The notes under the pieces: generated by a model
Seen by the model: the letters and a program-made list of their open reading frames with translations, nothing else
What the model was told of the DNA's origin: nothing
Database searches by the model: none
Assembly (NCBI GenBank): GCA_963662945.1
Contig: OY759974.1
Location: forward strand, 1,600,001 to 1,664,000
Reading direction: 5' to 3'
DNA length: 64,000 nucleotides
DNA from: Arcobacteraceae bacterium
Lineage (GTDB): Bacteria > Campylobacterota > Campylobacteria > Campylobacterales > Arcobacteraceae
Position numbers and translations under genes: made by a program
Part shown: piece after piece, positions 1 through 11,974 of the stretch
How positions within the stretch are numbered: position 1 is the first letter of the stretch
How the letters are laid out: each line of letters begins with the position of its first letter

Positions 1-2
1 GT

Positions 3-1079
3 AGGGTAGAAATTAAGTTCATCATTTTTATTTCCAGTTATGCAAATAGCACCTTCATTAATTGCACTGTGAATCCAAGATTTTGCACGACTTAATGACT
101 CATCATTAATTAAAGGACCTATAAATGTAGTTTCTTCATAAGGTGAACCTACTTTTAGTTTTTCAGTTTCATTCTTCATAGCTTTTGCAAATTCTTCATA
201 AATAGATTCATTTACATAAATTCTTTGTAAACTAATACACACTTGACCACTATTGATAAAAGCACCAAAAGTACATCTTGCAGCTGCTTTTTGAATATCT
301 GCACTATTATCTATATAAGTTGCTGCATTTCCACCAAGTTCAAGTGCGACTTTTTTAATTCCTGCTGTTTTTGTAATAATGTTACCAACGGGAACACTTC
401 CTGTGAAACTAAGAACTCTTGGTATATCTGAGGCAACTAAAGTACTTCCAACTTCTACATCACCATATACTAAACTTAAAGCATCCTTTATTGCATATTT
501 TGATTCAATAAAGAGTTTTACAAATTTATATGCAGTAAGTGGAGCTTCTGGAGTTGGTTTAAGGACAACAGCATTCCCACTTACAAGGGCAGGTGCTATT
601 TTATGTGCTACAAGATTTAATGGAAAATTAAAAGGAGTAATACAAGCTACAACACCAACTGGAACCCTTTTATAATAGGAAGTAGTTTTGATTCCACTTG
701 GCATCGCATCAGTATTAATTGTATGACCATGAAGATTAATCATTGCATGACAGCTAAGTTTGACTGTTTCAATACATCTTTGTACTTCAACTCTTGCAAA
801 TGTGATTGGTTTTCCAACTTCATCACATAAAGTTTTAGCTATATCTTCGAGGTTCTCTTCAAGTTTTTGTGCAACGTCTTCAAGCCAAGAGATTCTTTGA
901 GATAGTTTTGAAGTTTTTGTGTTTATACTTGCAGTTTGTGCTATTTCAAGTACTTTAAGCGTATCTTCTTTTGTACACATTGGGTATTTAGAAACCACTT
1001 TTTTAGTATATGGATTTATGATATTTTCAAGAGATTCTCTTGTAATTTCATTACTTCCAAAAAAAATATTTGCAACCAT
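3..1079 (-). CDS. Aldehyde dehydrogenase family protein (3' end beyond window edge)
   Basis: Not in the ORF track because it is truncated. Manual translation from ATG 1079: MVANIFFGSNEIT...EVGKP...PVGVVACITPFNFPLNLVAHKIAPALVSGNAVVLKP...FTGS...LELGGNA...GQVC (ALDH motifs, catalytic Glu and Cys). Confidence 0.93.
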   Translation of the reverse strand, partial: MVANIFFGSNEITRESLENIINPYTKKVVSKYPMCTKEDTLKVLEIAQTASINTKTSKLSQRISWLEDVAQKLEENLEDIAKTLCDEVGKPITFARVEVQRCIETVKLSCHAMINLHGHTINTDAMPSGIKTTSYYKRVPVGVVACITPFNFPLNLVAHKIAPALVSGNAVVLKPTPEAPLTAYKFVKLFIESKYAIKDALSLVYGDVEVGSTLVASDIPRVLSFTGSVPVGNIITKTAGIKKVALELGGNAATYIDNSADIQKAAARCTFGAFINSGQVCISLQRIYVNESIYEEFAKAMKNETEKLKVGSPYEETTFIGPLINDESLSRAKSWIHSAINEGAICITGNKNDELNFYP

Positions 1080-1214
1080 TTTAACCACCTAATATCAGTT
1101 TTATTTAATTGTAACATAGATAAATTAATTTATCCACAATCTCTGATTTTATATTTAACTTATTTTTAATTAAGTTTTGGATACAATTGCGTTCATTTTA
1201 GAATAAGGGTTAAT

Positions 1215-1544
1215 ATGACATCAACATTATTAATAGTACAATTCATTTTAGCAGTTTTACTTACAATTACAGTTTTGCTTCAAAAAAGTTCAAGTATGGG
1301 ACTAGGAGCATACAGTGGTAGTAATGAATCAATGTTTGGAGCAAAAGGTCCTGCTAATTTTTTAACAAAACTAACATTTATTTTAGGGCTTACACTTGTA
1401 TTAAATACATTATATTTAGGGTATTTATACAATGAAGAAAATTCAAAAAGTGTTGTAGATGCAGTGGAAGTTAATACTCTTGTACCAGCATCTCCTATAA
1501 ACACAACTCTACCACAAAGTGCTCCAGCTGCACCTACAAAATAG
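1215..1544 (+). CDS. secG: Preprotein translocase subunit SecG
   Basis: Two TM helices, VLLQKSSSMGLGAYSGS...FGAKGPANFLTKLT motif. Confidence 0.95.
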   Translation: MTSTLLIVQFILAVLLTITVLLQKSSSMGLGAYSGSNESMFGAKGPANFLTKLTFILGLTLVLNTLYLGYLYNEENSKSVVDAVEVNTLVPASPINTTLPQSAPAAPTK

Positions 1545-1558
1545 TCTGACAGTATAAA

Positions 1559-2536
1559 ATGAGATATTTATTTTTTGTAATATTCTCATTTTCATATATA
1601 TTTGCTAATGCACATATATTTGTTTATCATAGATTTGCAGATGATAGATACACAAGTGCAAATACTTCAAAAGAAGAACTTATCAAACAATTTGAGTATT
1701 TCAAAAAAAATAATTACAAAGTTGTGCCATTAGAAAAAATCATTGAAAAACTAAAAAACAATGAAAATGTTCCATCAAAATGGGTTGCTTTAACTATTGA
1801 TGATGCGTATAAAAGTTTTTATGAGAATGGACTAGAAATCTTTAAGCAGTATAATTATCCATTTAGTTTATATGTGTATGTAGAAGCTACTAATAAACAC
1901 TATGGAGATTATATGAGTTGGGAGCAAATAAAAGAAGCTTCAAACTATGGAACTATTGGTCTTCATTCATATTCTCATCCAAGATTGCAAAATTTAACTT
2001 CCCAAGAAGTTTTTGAAGATACTAAAAAAGCATATGATACATTTGTTGAAAAACTAAATATTAAGCCAACTTCTTATGCTTATCCTTATGGAGAATATAC
2101 TCAAAACGTTACTAAAGTTTTACAGGATAATTTTAATTTTGATGCAATTTTAAATCAAAATACAGGTTCAATCAATGAAAAAACTGATCGTTTTGATATT
2201 CCTAGAATAGCACTTGTTGGGGAAGTGAATATAGCGCATAAGTTAAGATATAAAACTTTTGATGTAAAATGGTATGAACCAAAAGAATTTCCAAAAGATG
2301 GAGTTCTAAGAAGAGTTCATGCTCAAGTTGATCCAAAATATAAAACTCTGAAATTATATATTACACAAGAGGGTTGGAGAGATGTGGAAGTAAAAGATGG
2401 TGTTATCGATGAAAAATTTAATCTTTATCTTCAAAAAGCACGAACAAGAATTATGTTAGGAAGTGATGTTTTTACAGTATCTAACAAAATATTAAATAAA
2501 ATTAAAATCAACAAAGGAGAAATGAATGGTAAATAA
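1559..2536 (+). CDS. Exported polysaccharide deacetylase (CE4)
   Basis: Signal peptide; YHRF, LTIDDAY, HSYSHP and YAYPYGEY motifs. Confidence 0.9.
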   Translation: MRYLFFVIFSFSYIFANAHIFVYHRFADDRYTSANTSKEELIKQFEYFKKNNYKVVPLEKIIEKLKNNENVPSKWVALTIDDAYKSFYENGLEIFKQYNYPFSLYVYVEATNKHYGDYMSWEQIKEASNYGTIGLHSYSHPRLQNLTSQEVFEDTKKAYDTFVEKLNIKPTSYAYPYGEYTQNVTKVLQDNFNFDAILNQNTGSINEKTDRFDIPRIALVGEVNIAHKLRYKTFDVKWYEPKEFPKDGVLRRVHAQVDPKYKTLKLYITQEGWRDVEVKDGVIDEKFNLYLQKARTRIMLGSDVFTVSNKILNKIKINKGEMNGK

Positions 2537-3083
2537 AATTTATGAAGAAACAAAACAAAATATGGAAAAATCTTTAGAATCATTAAAAAAAGATTATTCA
2601 ACATTAAGAACAGGAAAAGTACACACTAGTATTTTAGATAATATTACTGTAGATTATTATGGATCACCAACTGCATTAAATCAAATTGCAACTGTTTTAG
2701 CACCAGATGGTACAACAATCAATATTACACCTTGGGAAAAAAATCTTGTAGGTGCTATTGAAAAAGCTATTCAAGAAGCAAATATTGGAGTAAATCCAAA
2801 TAATAATGGCGAATCAGTACAGTTATTTTTCCCTCCAATGACTCAAGATCAAAGAAAAGAGAGTGTAAAAGGTGCTAAAGCAATGACTGATAATGCAAAA
2901 GTTGCTATTAGAAATGTAAGAAAACACTCAAATGATAAAGTAAAAAAATTACTTAAAGATAAAGAGATTACAGAAGATGAAAGCAAAAAAGCACAAGATG
3001 AAATTCAAAAAATCACAGATGCTTATGTTGTAAAAGCAGATGATATGTTTAAAGCAAAAGATGCTGAAATAATGAAAATATAA
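2526..3083 (+). CDS. frr: Ribosome recycling factor
   Basis: [22 protein letters not shown] and KVAIRNVR motifs; 185 aa. Confidence 0.97.
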   Translation: MVNKIYEETKQNMEKSLESLKKDYSTLRTGKVHTSILDNITVDYYGSPTALNQIATVLAPDGTTINITPWEKNLVGAIEKAIQEANIGVNPNNNGESVQLFFPPMTQDQRKESVKGAKAMTDNAKVAIRNVRKHSNDKVKKLLKDKEITEDESKKAQDEIQKITDAYVVKADDMFKAKDAEIMKI

Positions 3084-3093
3084 GTAGTATTGA

Positions 3094-3702
3094 ATGAATG
3101 TAGAACAAATATATAAAGACTCTTCAGCACTTCTTGAGGGGCATTTTAAATTAAGTAGTGGAAATCACTCACAATTTTATTTACAAAGTGCAAAAGTACT
3201 TGAAGATCCTAAAACTGCAAAATTATTAGCAGAAGCATTAGCTGCGCAAATAAAAGCAAGTAAAATACAAGTAGATGCTGTATGTTCACCTGCACTTGGT
3301 GGTTTAATTGCAGGATTTGCACTTGCAACAGCTTTAGATGTACGATTTATTTTTGCTGAACGTGTTGATGGTGAGATGACTATACGAAGAGGATTTGAAG
3401 TTCAAAAAGGTGAAAGATATATTATCTGTGAAGATATTATCACTACAGGTGGAAGTGCTTTAGAAGCTGCAAATCAAGTTGAAGCTAATGGTGGGGTAAT
3501 AGCTGGATATGCAGCACTTGCAAATAGAGGTTTTTGTACTCGAAATGGTTGTAGTAGTGATCCAAAAGTTAATTGTAAATTACCTAGTCATTTACCATTA
3601 TTTGCACTTGAAGATTTTACTTTTGAAATGTATGCACCAGAAGATTGCCCTTTATGTAAATCTGGAAGTGTTGCATATAAACCAGGTAGTAGAGGTAACT
3701 AA
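3094..3702 (+). CDS. pyrE: Orotate phosphoribosyltransferase
   Basis: [13 protein letters not shown] and PRPP-binding [11 protein letters not shown] motifs. Confidence 0.95.
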   Translation: MNVEQIYKDSSALLEGHFKLSSGNHSQFYLQSAKVLEDPKTAKLLAEALAAQIKASKIQVDAVCSPALGGLIAGFALATALDVRFIFAERVDGEMTIRRGFEVQKGERYIICEDIITTGGSALEAANQVEANGGVIAGYAALANRGFCTRNGCSSDPKVNCKLPSHLPLFALEDFTFEMYAPEDCPLCKSGSVAYKPGSRGN

Positions 3703-3708
3703 ACTTTA

Positions 3709-4197
3709 ATGGCTAGATGGAGAGATACAAAAAAAGGGAACAATAAAACTGTCCATAATAAACAAACAACAAAAATTTATGGACTTTGTACCTCTCCACT
3801 TCACAGAATAAAAGCATTTATTACTGATATGTTTTTAATTATGATGCCAATTATGTATCTTACTACTTATGTAATTATGGATGGAAAAGATTCTTTCCAA
3901 GCTAGTGAGATGGCACGATGGATTACTATGATAGTTTATGGTGGTATTACAGTTGCATTTTGGGTAAAAAAAGGTCAAACACCTGGTTTTAAAGCTTATG
4001 ATTTAATTCTTATTGATGATAAAACTCAAAAAACTTTACCATTAATAAAAGCGATTTTAAGATATTTTATGTTTTTAGTAAGTGCTGTGAGTATTTTAGG
4101 ATTTCTTATTCCATTTTTTAGAAAAGATAAAAAAACATTTCAAGATATAGTGATGCAAACTTCAGTTATTAGGATTGAAGAAGACACTAGCAAATAG
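3709..4197 (+). CDS. RDD family membrane protein
   Basis: RIKAFITD...GQTPG...QD pattern, TM segments. Confidence 0.88.
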   Translation: MARWRDTKKGNNKTVHNKQTTKIYGLCTSPLHRIKAFITDMFLIMMPIMYLTTYVIMDGKDSFQASEMARWITMIVYGGITVAFWVKKGQTPGFKAYDLILIDDKTQKTLPLIKAILRYFMFLVSAVSILGFLIPFFRKDKKTFQDIVMQTSVIRIEEDTSK

Positions 4198-5286
4198 ATG
4201 CTATTTTTTAAATTATCAGCATTTTATTTTTTTTATTTTGCCGCTGTTGGTGTATATGTAATATTTCTACCTAAAGTGCTTTTAGATATTGGTTATACAC
4301 CTGCACAAATTGGTGTTGTTCTTGCACTTGCACCACTTATGCGATTTCTTACCCCTTTTTTATTTTTAAAACATATCAGTCTTAATCAGACAGTATTCAA
4401 ACTTACTCTTGTTTTTTCCACTTTAAATACACTATTTTTTTATTTTACAATCCATAATTTTTATGCTTTCATGATTAATAATGCTTTTTTAGGGGTATGT
4501 ATAAGTATACTTTTACCATACATGGAAGTTATATCAATAAAAGAGTTAGGTAATCGATATGGAAAATCAAGATTATTTGGTTCAATTGGTTTTATGATTA
4601 TTAGTTTGGTTGTGGCGAGAGTATTAACTTCATCTGATATTGTGTTACATTTTTATCTAGGTACTATATTGTTTACTTCAGTAGTTGCATATAGTTTATT
4701 GAAGTATGATACTGATGAGCATGAAGGTGGAGTTGAAGATGATAAAAAATTTTCACTAATCAAATATTGGCCTTTTTGGTTAAGTTTGTTTTTAATGCAG
4801 GTAAGCTTTGGTGGATTTTACAACTTTTTTACTATTTATGAAACTACACATGGCATAAGTTTAGAAGTCACTAGTTATCTTTGGGCATTTGGTGTTATTT
4901 GTGAAATAGCAATGTTTTATTATCAAGCACCAATTTTAAAATTAAATCTTTTAACTATTATAAAATTTTCTATAATAATGACAATTATCAGATGGTTTTT
5001 ATTGTATTTATTTCCTGATAGTTTAACAATTTCATATTTTACTCAAAGTATGCATGCTTTTAGTTTTGGGCTCTATCATAGTGCAGTTATACTCTATCTT
5101 TATACACTTTATTCAAATAAAAAACTTGCACAACAATTTATGTTAGGGTTTGCATATGGTTTAGGTGGTTTTGTAGGAGCTTTTACATCTGGATGGTTTT
5201 ATGGAGAGTATTTGTTTCTTTACTCATCTTTTATGGCGTTTATAGCGTATATGAGTTTAGTAATATTTAAAAAAAAGAGTATGTAA
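4198..5286 (+). CDS. MFS transporter (3-phenylpropionate/nucleoside permease-like)
   Basis: About 12 TM helices, YGKSRLFGSIGF motif. Confidence 0.88.
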   Translation: MLFFKLSAFYFFYFAAVGVYVIFLPKVLLDIGYTPAQIGVVLALAPLMRFLTPFLFLKHISLNQTVFKLTLVFSTLNTLFFYFTIHNFYAFMINNAFLGVCISILLPYMEVISIKELGNRYGKSRLFGSIGFMIISLVVARVLTSSDIVLHFYLGTILFTSVVAYSLLKYDTDEHEGGVEDDKKFSLIKYWPFWLSLFLMQVSFGGFYNFFTIYETTHGISLEVTSYLWAFGVICEIAMFYYQAPILKLNLLTIIKFSIIMTIIRWFLLYLFPDSLTISYFTQSMHAFSFGLYHSAVILYLYTLYSNKKLAQQFMLGFAYGLGGFVGAFTSGWFYGEYLFLYSSFMAFIAYMSLVIFKKKSM

Positions 5287-5290
5287 ACTA

Positions 5291-5935
5291 TCAATTTTCA
5301 CAATTAAAAATATAATCCACACTTAATGATAAACTTATATCTTCTTCTATTGGAGAAGTTACAATTGTTGCAGCTTCTTGTCTTGCCAATGTTTTATAGA
5401 GTATTGGTGTATGAGAGTTATTAAAATTGATTGTTTTGATATTACAATTATGAAAAATATTGTTGAGTTTTTTTGTATATTGTTTAGCATACTCATAAGC
5501 TAAAAATTCTAATTGTGATTTTTCTTCTTCTTGTTTTGTGGTAGAAATTTTATAGGAAATTGGATTTTGTGTGAGTTTTATATTGAGTTTTTTGATTTTT
5601 GCTAGTATATTTTCATATTTTTTAATATCATTAAATTCACAATAAAAATTTATATTTGAATTGTATCCAATCTCAATTTTTCTATTTTCAACATATTTAT
5701 AGTCTGGATAAATTCGATATTGTCCACCTCTACAGATACCACTTTTATTTGCAGTTATAAGGGCTTTTTGAAATAAATTCTCAATTTCATTACTTGTCTT
5801 TGCAATGTGGCTTAAAGAAAAAGTTGCTACCTGTGTTGTAGGTTTTAAAGTTACTGTAAAATTTTTTTGTTTAGAAATATCTAAGGCTTGTAGTTGTAAT
5901 AAGATAATAAAATAAGTTATAATAAACTTTATCAT
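5291..5935 (-). CDS. Exported SIMPL/DUF541-like protein
   Basis: Signal peptide, GGQYRIYPDYKY...GY motif, C-terminal strand. Confidence 0.6.
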   Translation of the reverse strand: MIKFIITYFIILLQLQALDISKQKNFTVTLKPTTQVATFSLSHIAKTSNEIENLFQKALITANKSGICRGGQYRIYPDYKYVENRKIEIGYNSNINFYCEFNDIKKYENILAKIKKLNIKLTQNPISYKISTTKQEEEKSQLEFLAYEYAKQYTKKLNNIFHNCNIKTINFNNSHTPILYKTLARQEAATIVTSPIEEDISLSLSVDYIFNCEN

Positions 5936-6030
5936 TGCAGTTCCTTTTTTAACAATATCTTGAATAAAAGTATATACTAATCCATGTTAAATAGCTCTTG
6001 TTTAAATAGTATTTAGATATACTTTTTCTC

Positions 6031-7515
6031 ATGATTAATAATAATATTATATATAATATTCTCATTTTAGCAGATAGTTTTGATACGAATGAAATCATTC
6101 AAAGAAATCCAAACTATAATTTTATTGCAGTGAATAATCCACAAGAAACAATCTATGCTTTAGAAAAATATGATATTTCTTTAGCGGTATTTGATGTAGA
6201 TATAGAAACATTTCATTTTGTTGAGTTGTTACAAAATTTACAAACAAAGCGATTGTTAAAAAATTGCTTAGTTCTAGCTCTATCAAATATAGAGAATCCT
6301 ACATATTTAAAAGAAATTTTAAAAAATGGAGCTGCAGATTTTTTAAAAAAACCTTTTATGAATGATGAATTTGTACTTAAAATAGAACTTTTAATAAAAA
6401 AATTACTTGATAATAATCTTATTGAGAAGCAAAAAAAAGAGATAGAAAATAATCTGAAACAATTTAAAGCCTTGATAGATTCTTCAATAAATGCAATGTA
6501 TATTTTTAAAGATAATATTTGTATTGAATGTAATAAAGAAGCTTCTCTACTTTTAGGTTTTAGTTCAAAACAAGATATAATAAACAAACATATTTTCGAT
6601 ATTTTTCATAATGTTTCAAAAAAACATCAAAAATTACTTTTAGATAATGAAATAGATCATAATTTTCAAACAACAGTAACAAGTAAAAAAAATAAATTGT
6701 ATCAAGTACAAATTAAAGAGAGAAATATTTCATTTGATACAGATAATTTAAAAATTATTACAGCTATGGATATAACAGATATTAAAAGAAATGAAAAGAT
6801 ATTAGCACAAAAATCAAAACTAGCTTCAATGGGAGAAATGATAGGAAATATAGCACACCAATGGAGACAGCCATTAACTGCAATATCTATAGCAGCAAGT
6901 GGTATTAAATTTATGTATGAGTGTGAAATAGAAGATAAACAAGAAACAATGGATAGTTTAGAAAATATTGTAAAAAATACAAAATATTTATCTGCAACTA
7001 TTGAAGATTTCCAAAATTTTATGAGAAATGATAGGGAAAGTACAACTTTTTCAATTAAAGATGTCTTACAAAGTACACTTATGATTGTAGATGCAAATAT
7101 TAAATTAGAAAATATACAAATTATTCAAAAGTCAATTGAGTCATTAGAAATCACAACAATTCAAAATGATTTGGTACAAATATTATTAAATCTTATTAAT
7201 AATGCTATTGATGCTTTTAGAGATAATAAAACTAAAGAGCGATTGATTTTTATTGAAGTGTATAAAGAAAAAGATTTTGCATCTATTAGATTATTAGATT
7301 CAGCTGGTGGAATAGATGAAAAAATTATTGATAAAATATTTGAACCATACTTTACAACTAAACACCAATCTCAAGGTACTGGACTTGGGCTTTATATGAC
7401 ACAACAGATTCTTTCAAAACTAGACGGTAAAATAGATATACAAAATAAATGTTATGAATATGAAGAACAAGAATATTGTGGTGCAGAATTCACAATATCT
7501 TTACCATTATTTTAA
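6031..7515 (+). CDS. Soluble hybrid kinase REC-PAS-HisKA-HATPase
   Basis: N-terminal receiver (AVFD, GAADFLKKP), PAS-like region, NIAHQWRQPL H-box, N/G1/F/G2 boxes; no TM. Confidence 0.9.
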   Translation: MINNNIIYNILILADSFDTNEIIQRNPNYNFIAVNNPQETIYALEKYDISLAVFDVDIETFHFVELLQNLQTKRLLKNCLVLALSNIENPTYLKEILKNGAADFLKKPFMNDEFVLKIELLIKKLLDNNLIEKQKKEIENNLKQFKALIDSSINAMYIFKDNICIECNKEASLLLGFSSKQDIINKHIFDIFHNVSKKHQKLLLDNEIDHNFQTTVTSKKNKLYQVQIKERNISFDTDNLKIITAMDITDIKRNEKILAQKSKLASMGEMIGNIAHQWRQPLTAISIAASGIKFMYECEIEDKQETMDSLENIVKNTKYLSATIEDFQNFMRNDRESTTFSIKDVLQSTLMIVDANIKLENIQIIQKSIESLEITTIQNDLVQILLNLINNAIDAFRDNKTKERLIFIEVYKEKDFASIRLLDSAGGIDEKIIDKIFEPYFTTKHQSQGTGLGLYMTQQILSKLDGKIDIQNKCYEYEEQEYCGAEFTISLPLF

Positions 7516-7518
7516 AAT

Positions 7519-7977
7519 TTATTTAATTTTTTTATTGGTATCTTCAATTTTTCTTGCTAAAACTTCTGCAATATTTCTATAAAAGACAGCATAAATATTT
7601 CCATGTTGTCCTAGTTGATATTCATTTATTGTAAAGCCTATCAAGATATTTTCATCATTATTTGCAACACAAGTTGCTGTTCTTGCTTGATTTAAAACAA
7701 TTTGCATCTCGCCTATGATTGAACCACTTGGTAAAGTTGTAACAGTTTTTGTTACTCCATATTCATCTCTTAGGTTTACTTTAATACTTCCAGCTAAGAT
7801 GTAATAAATGTAAGGGTCTCTTGTATCCCCTTGTCGAAATATTGTTTCATGACGATTAAATTTTTTAAAGACAACATCTTTTATAAGTGTTTGAATTTGA
7901 TAATCTGTTAAATCTTTGAAAAAATTTATTTTATTTTTTGCTCGTATAAGTTGTTCCAGTGCCTCATTATCTATCAT
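7519..7977 (-). CDS. Stand-alone cyclic nucleotide-binding domain protein
   Basis: IFRQGD...YYILAGSIKV...GSIIGEM...RTATCVA; no HTH. Confidence 0.85.
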   Translation of the reverse strand: MIDNEALEQLIRAKNKINFFKDLTDYQIQTLIKDVVFKKFNRHETIFRQGDTRDPYIYYILAGSIKVNLRDEYGVTKTVTTLPSGSIIGEMQIVLNQARTATCVANNDENILIGFTINEYQLGQHGNIYAVFYRNIAEVLARKIEDTNKKIK

Positions 7978-7990
7978 TTTAATTCCCCTT

Positions 7991-9964
7991 TTACGCTTTT
8001 TTAATTTTTTCTATTTCATCTCTAAGTCGAATAGCTTCTTCAAAGTTTAAATCTTTGGCAGCTTTATGCATTTGTTTATTAAGTTCTATAAGTATTTTCT
8101 TTCTCTCGGATGCGGGCATTTTATTTAGTTTTTCTAATTTTAGTGCAGTATCATCATACTCTTCCATTTTTAAATCTTCGTCAAGTCTTCTTATAGTTGT
8201 AGTTGGAGTTATACCGTGTTCTTTATTAAATTTATCTTGAATTTCTCGTCTATGATTTGTAGTTTCTATAGCAAATTTCATAGACTCCGTCATTTTTTTA
8301 GCAAATAAAAGAACTCTACCATTTGAATTTCTAGCAGCTCTTCCCATTGTTTGTACTAGTGAAGTACGACTACGTAAAAAACCTTCTTTATCTGCATCAA
8401 GTATTGCTACTAATGAAGCTTCAGGTATATCAAGTCCCTCTCTTAAAAGGTTGATTCCAATAAGCACATCAAATTTTCCAAGTCGTAGTTGTCGTATGAT
8501 TTGATTTCTCTCTATAGCATCAATTTCACTATGCATATATTTTACTTTGATACCTAAATCTGCATAATAGGTTGCTAACTCTTCTGCCATTTTTTTTGTT
8601 AATACTGTTACAAGAACTCTTTCGTTTCGTGCTACTACTTTTTTTATTTCGTCATGAAGTTTTTCTACTTGAAACTCACTATCTATCACTTCAACCACTG
8701 GATCTAAAAGTCCAGTCGGTCGTATGATTTGTTCTGCAACTACACTACTGAGTTCTAATTCTAAATCAGCAGGTGTAGCACTTACAAATAAGAAGTTTGC
8801 TTTTTTATTGATATATTCATCAAATTTTAAAGGTCTATTATCTAAAGCACTTGGAAGTCTAAATCCATATTCTACAAGTACCTCTTTTCTACTTTTATCA
8901 GCAGCATACATACCTCTAAATTGTGATAATGATACATGAGATTCATCTACTATAATAAGATATTCTCTACCCATAGTTTCAAAATAATCTATAAGGGAAT
9001 AAGGTGTTTCCCCTGGTTGTTTATCTGTTAAAAGTCGTGCATAGTTTTCGATTCCTTTACACATACCTGTAGCTTCAAGCATCTCTAAATCAAATTCAAC
9101 TCTTTGTTTAAGACGTTGATATTCTATGTGTTTTTCATGTTCTTTAAAATAGGCAAGTCTTTCATCAAGCTCTTTTTCGATACTTTCAATAGCTTTTGCC
9201 AATCTACTTTGTGATACAACAAAAGGGTTTACACTGTAAATAGTTACATCATCAAGCTCTTTGACTGTATTGTTTGTAAGATATTCCATTTTTAAAATAG
9301 ATTCTACTTCATCTCCAAAAAACTCAATTCTGATATATTCATCTTCCCAATATGCAGGAAAAATATCTATCACATCGCCATTGACTCTAAAATCAGCTCT
9401 ATCAAAAAACTTGTCATTTCGTTTATATCCCATCTCTACAAGTTTTAGCAGCATTTGTCTTTGAGAATATTCTTGCCCTGTTTCTACTTTTTGTACATTT
9501 GCTTTATATTCTTCTGGATTTCCTAAACCATAGTTTGCTGATACTGAAGCAACACAAATAATATCATCAAAACTAAGCATAGAAGCAGTTGCACTAAGTC
9601 TAAGCCTTTCTAATTCACTATTGATGCTACTATCTTTTTCTATAAATAAATCAGATCTAGGAATATATGCTTCAGGTTGATAATAATCATAATAAGAGAT
9701 GAAATATTCTACGTGATTATTAGGGAAAAATCCTCTAAATTCAGAGTATAGTTGGGCTGCTAAAGTTTTATTATGAGTCATAATTAAAGTTGGCATTTGA
9801 AGTTGTTCAATCACTTTTGCCATAGTATAAGTTTTTCCTGAACCTGTTACTCCAAGTAAAGTATTGTATTTATTTCCTTTAACAATACTTGCTGTAAGTT
9901 TTTCTATAGCTTGAGGCTGGTCTCCAGCAGGAGAATAATCTGTGTGTACTTTAAATGGTGTCAT
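7991..9964 (-). CDS. uvrB: Excinuclease ABC subunit B
   Basis: [19 protein letters not shown] and DESH motifs, C-terminal UVR domain. Confidence 0.98.
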   Translation of the reverse strand: MTPFKVHTDYSPAGDQPQAIEKLTASIVKGNKYNTLLGVTGSGKTYTMAKVIEQLQMPTLIMTHNKTLAAQLYSEFRGFFPNNHVEYFISYYDYYQPEAYIPRSDLFIEKDSSINSELERLRLSATASMLSFDDIICVASVSANYGLGNPEEYKANVQKVETGQEYSQRQMLLKLVEMGYKRNDKFFDRADFRVNGDVIDIFPAYWEDEYIRIEFFGDEVESILKMEYLTNNTVKELDDVTIYSVNPFVVSQSRLAKAIESIEKELDERLAYFKEHEKHIEYQRLKQRVEFDLEMLEATGMCKGIENYARLLTDKQPGETPYSLIDYFETMGREYLIIVDESHVSLSQFRGMYAADKSRKEVLVEYGFRLPSALDNRPLKFDEYINKKANFLFVSATPADLELELSSVVAEQIIRPTGLLDPVVEVIDSEFQVEKLHDEIKKVVARNERVLVTVLTKKMAEELATYYADLGIKVKYMHSEIDAIERNQIIRQLRLGKFDVLIGINLLREGLDIPEASLVAILDADKEGFLRSRTSLVQTMGRAARNSNGRVLLFAKKMTESMKFAIETTNHRREIQDKFNKEHGITPTTTIRRLDEDLKMEEYDDTALKLEKLNKMPASERKKILIELNKQMHKAAKDLNFEEAIRLRDEIEKIKKA

Positions 9965-9980
9965 AAGAAGTATTTTAGCA
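9965..9980 (-). promoter_or_regulatory. Extended -10 promoter 7 nt before the uvrB ATG (leaderless)
   Basis: Minus strand TGCTAAAAT-ACTTCTT-ATG, no SD. Confidence 0.6.
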
Positions 9981-10027
9981 GATTATTGTAAAGAATTTGG
10001 TAAAGATGACACATTGTTAATTTTTAT

Positions 10028-11752
10028 TTAGATATTAAGTGTAAGAGGTAAATGTATAATAAATTCAGCTCCATTATACGTTTTACCATCATATTCATAA
10101 GTTGTATTATGTACTTCAATACTTCCTTTCATCCCTTCAACTATAAGTTTATAAGTCATATGAAGTCCAAGACCTATCCCTTGTGCTTGATGTTTTGTAG
10201 TAATATATGGTTCAAATATTTTTGGGAGTATTTCTGGATTAACTCCACCTGCATTATCTTTGATAATAATTTCAGCATTGTCATTATTAATTGATGTGGT
10301 AAGGAAGAGAAATCTCTCTTCAATATCATTTTCTTTGAATGCATCTTTTGTATTATTAAAAATATTGATAAAACATTGAGTAAGTCCATTTTCATAACCA
10401 TAAATGACAATATCTTCTTGAAGATTTAATACAATATTGATATTATTTTTTTTTGTTGAACCTTCAATTAAATGTAAAAAACTATCAATATCATTTTGCA
10501 ATTTAAAAGTAGTTTTTTTATGTTCTTCTTTAACAAAGTTTCTAAAATCATCAATTGTTTTAGAAAGATATTGTGCATTATCATTTATTAGTTCACAGGT
10601 TTGATTAAATTTTTCATCTGTTAATACACCATATTGTTTTTGAAATTGCATTCCCGTAGCACCAGTTGAAATGATGGAAAGTGGCTGCCTCCATTGATGT
10701 GCAATATTTCCTATCATCTCACCCATACTTGCCAATTTATCTTGTTGTTGAATTATTTTCATTTGGTTTATATTTTCTTTTGTTTTTTGTAAAACATCAT
10801 TTTTTAGCTTTTTTGTATATTCTCTATTGAGCATAATGAAGATTAAAAGTACAGTAACTATGATAATACTCATCCATTTAAAAATAAAGTTTCTACTTGT
10901 AGTATCAATGTCTGTTAGATCAATTTTATTTAAATCTTGAAAAAGAAAAATATATCCTATAGGCTGATGATGTGTATTTGTTAAGTGAAAAACTGTTAAA
11001 AAATAATTTTCTACAAATTGATAAGTTTTTGTAGTCTCAATAAGAGTATCTATATTATGCTTTTTTAATAATTCCAATAAAGTTTGATCTGCATTTAAAT
11101 TTGCAACATAATAATCTCCTACAAATGTTTTTGTAAAAGGAAATTTTATTTGTTTTGTATATGATTTATCTGCCAATATAATTGGATTGATATTTTCTCT
11201 TTGTAATTTATTTGCTATTGAATTGAGTTTTGTAATTACCTCAAAAATTCCTAAAAATTTTTTGTCTTTATAAATTGGTACTTGTGCTTTGATTGTAATA
11301 TCAAATTTTCCAACACTGATAGTTTGAGTTACCTTTGGTTCTTTTAAAAATTTTATAACATCTTGTCTAAAACCTAAAACACTTTCACCTTTTTGTTCAG
11401 ACCAGCTTTTTATAAAACTAATACCATCATTTTTAATTATATGTAACCATACATGTTTAAAAGAAGAATCTGATGCATACATTTGTGATATTTCTTGAAG
11501 AGATAATAATGTATGGTCATTTTTTAATAAAGCATTTTGTACAACACTATCTTTTGATAAAGCTAATGCAAGTATTAATGTTGTTTCTTGCTTTTGTTCA
11601 ATAAGTGTTTTAGTTTCTTGTTTTAATTGATTAGAAATAGTTAAAAGTTTTTCACTTATTTGTTTTTCTGTTTTAAAATCAGAAAATATTTTTAAAAAAA
11701 CAAACAACAAAATAATTATAAAAATATAATAAAAAATAAATTGTTTTTTCAT
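10028..11752 (-). CDS. Membrane sensor histidine kinase with Cache-type periplasmic domain
   Basis: Two TM, periplasmic region with ISVGKFD motif, H-box NIAHQWRQPL, HATPase. Confidence 0.9.
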   Translation of the reverse strand: MKKQFIFYYIFIIILLFVFLKIFSDFKTEKQISEKLLTISNQLKQETKTLIEQKQETTLILALALSKDSVVQNALLKNDHTLLSLQEISQMYASDSSFKHVWLHIIKNDGISFIKSWSEQKGESVLGFRQDVIKFLKEPKVTQTISVGKFDITIKAQVPIYKDKKFLGIFEVITKLNSIANKLQRENINPIILADKSYTKQIKFPFTKTFVGDYYVANLNADQTLLELLKKHNIDTLIETTKTYQFVENYFLTVFHLTNTHHQPIGYIFLFQDLNKIDLTDIDTTSRNFIFKWMSIIIVTVLLIFIMLNREYTKKLKNDVLQKTKENINQMKIIQQQDKLASMGEMIGNIAHQWRQPLSIISTGATGMQFQKQYGVLTDEKFNQTCELINDNAQYLSKTIDDFRNFVKEEHKKTTFKLQNDIDSFLHLIEGSTKKNNINIVLNLQEDIVIYGYENGLTQCFINIFNNTKDAFKENDIEERFLFLTTSINNDNAEIIIKDNAGGVNPEILPKIFEPYITTKHQAQGIGLGLHMTYKLIVEGMKGSIEVHNTTYEYDGKTYNGAEFIIHLPLTLNI

Positions 11753-11974
11753 AAAAAAACTCCATATAAGTGCTAAATATCTTTATTATTGTATGTTATA
11801 GTTACATTAAAAAAATATTATCTATATTGTAACAAAAGTATCTAAAATATATTAAATTTATTTATATTCTTGTTTATATATATTTATACATAAAAAAATA
11901 ACAATAAAAAATTTTGCAATCAAATTGTAATTTTTTTCTATCATAATTAACTATCTTATAAAAAAGGGGTAACA

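Noticed and set aside
243-1169. Short plus-strand ORFs at the window start
   Set aside because: Shadows of the minus-strand aldehyde dehydrogenase gene.
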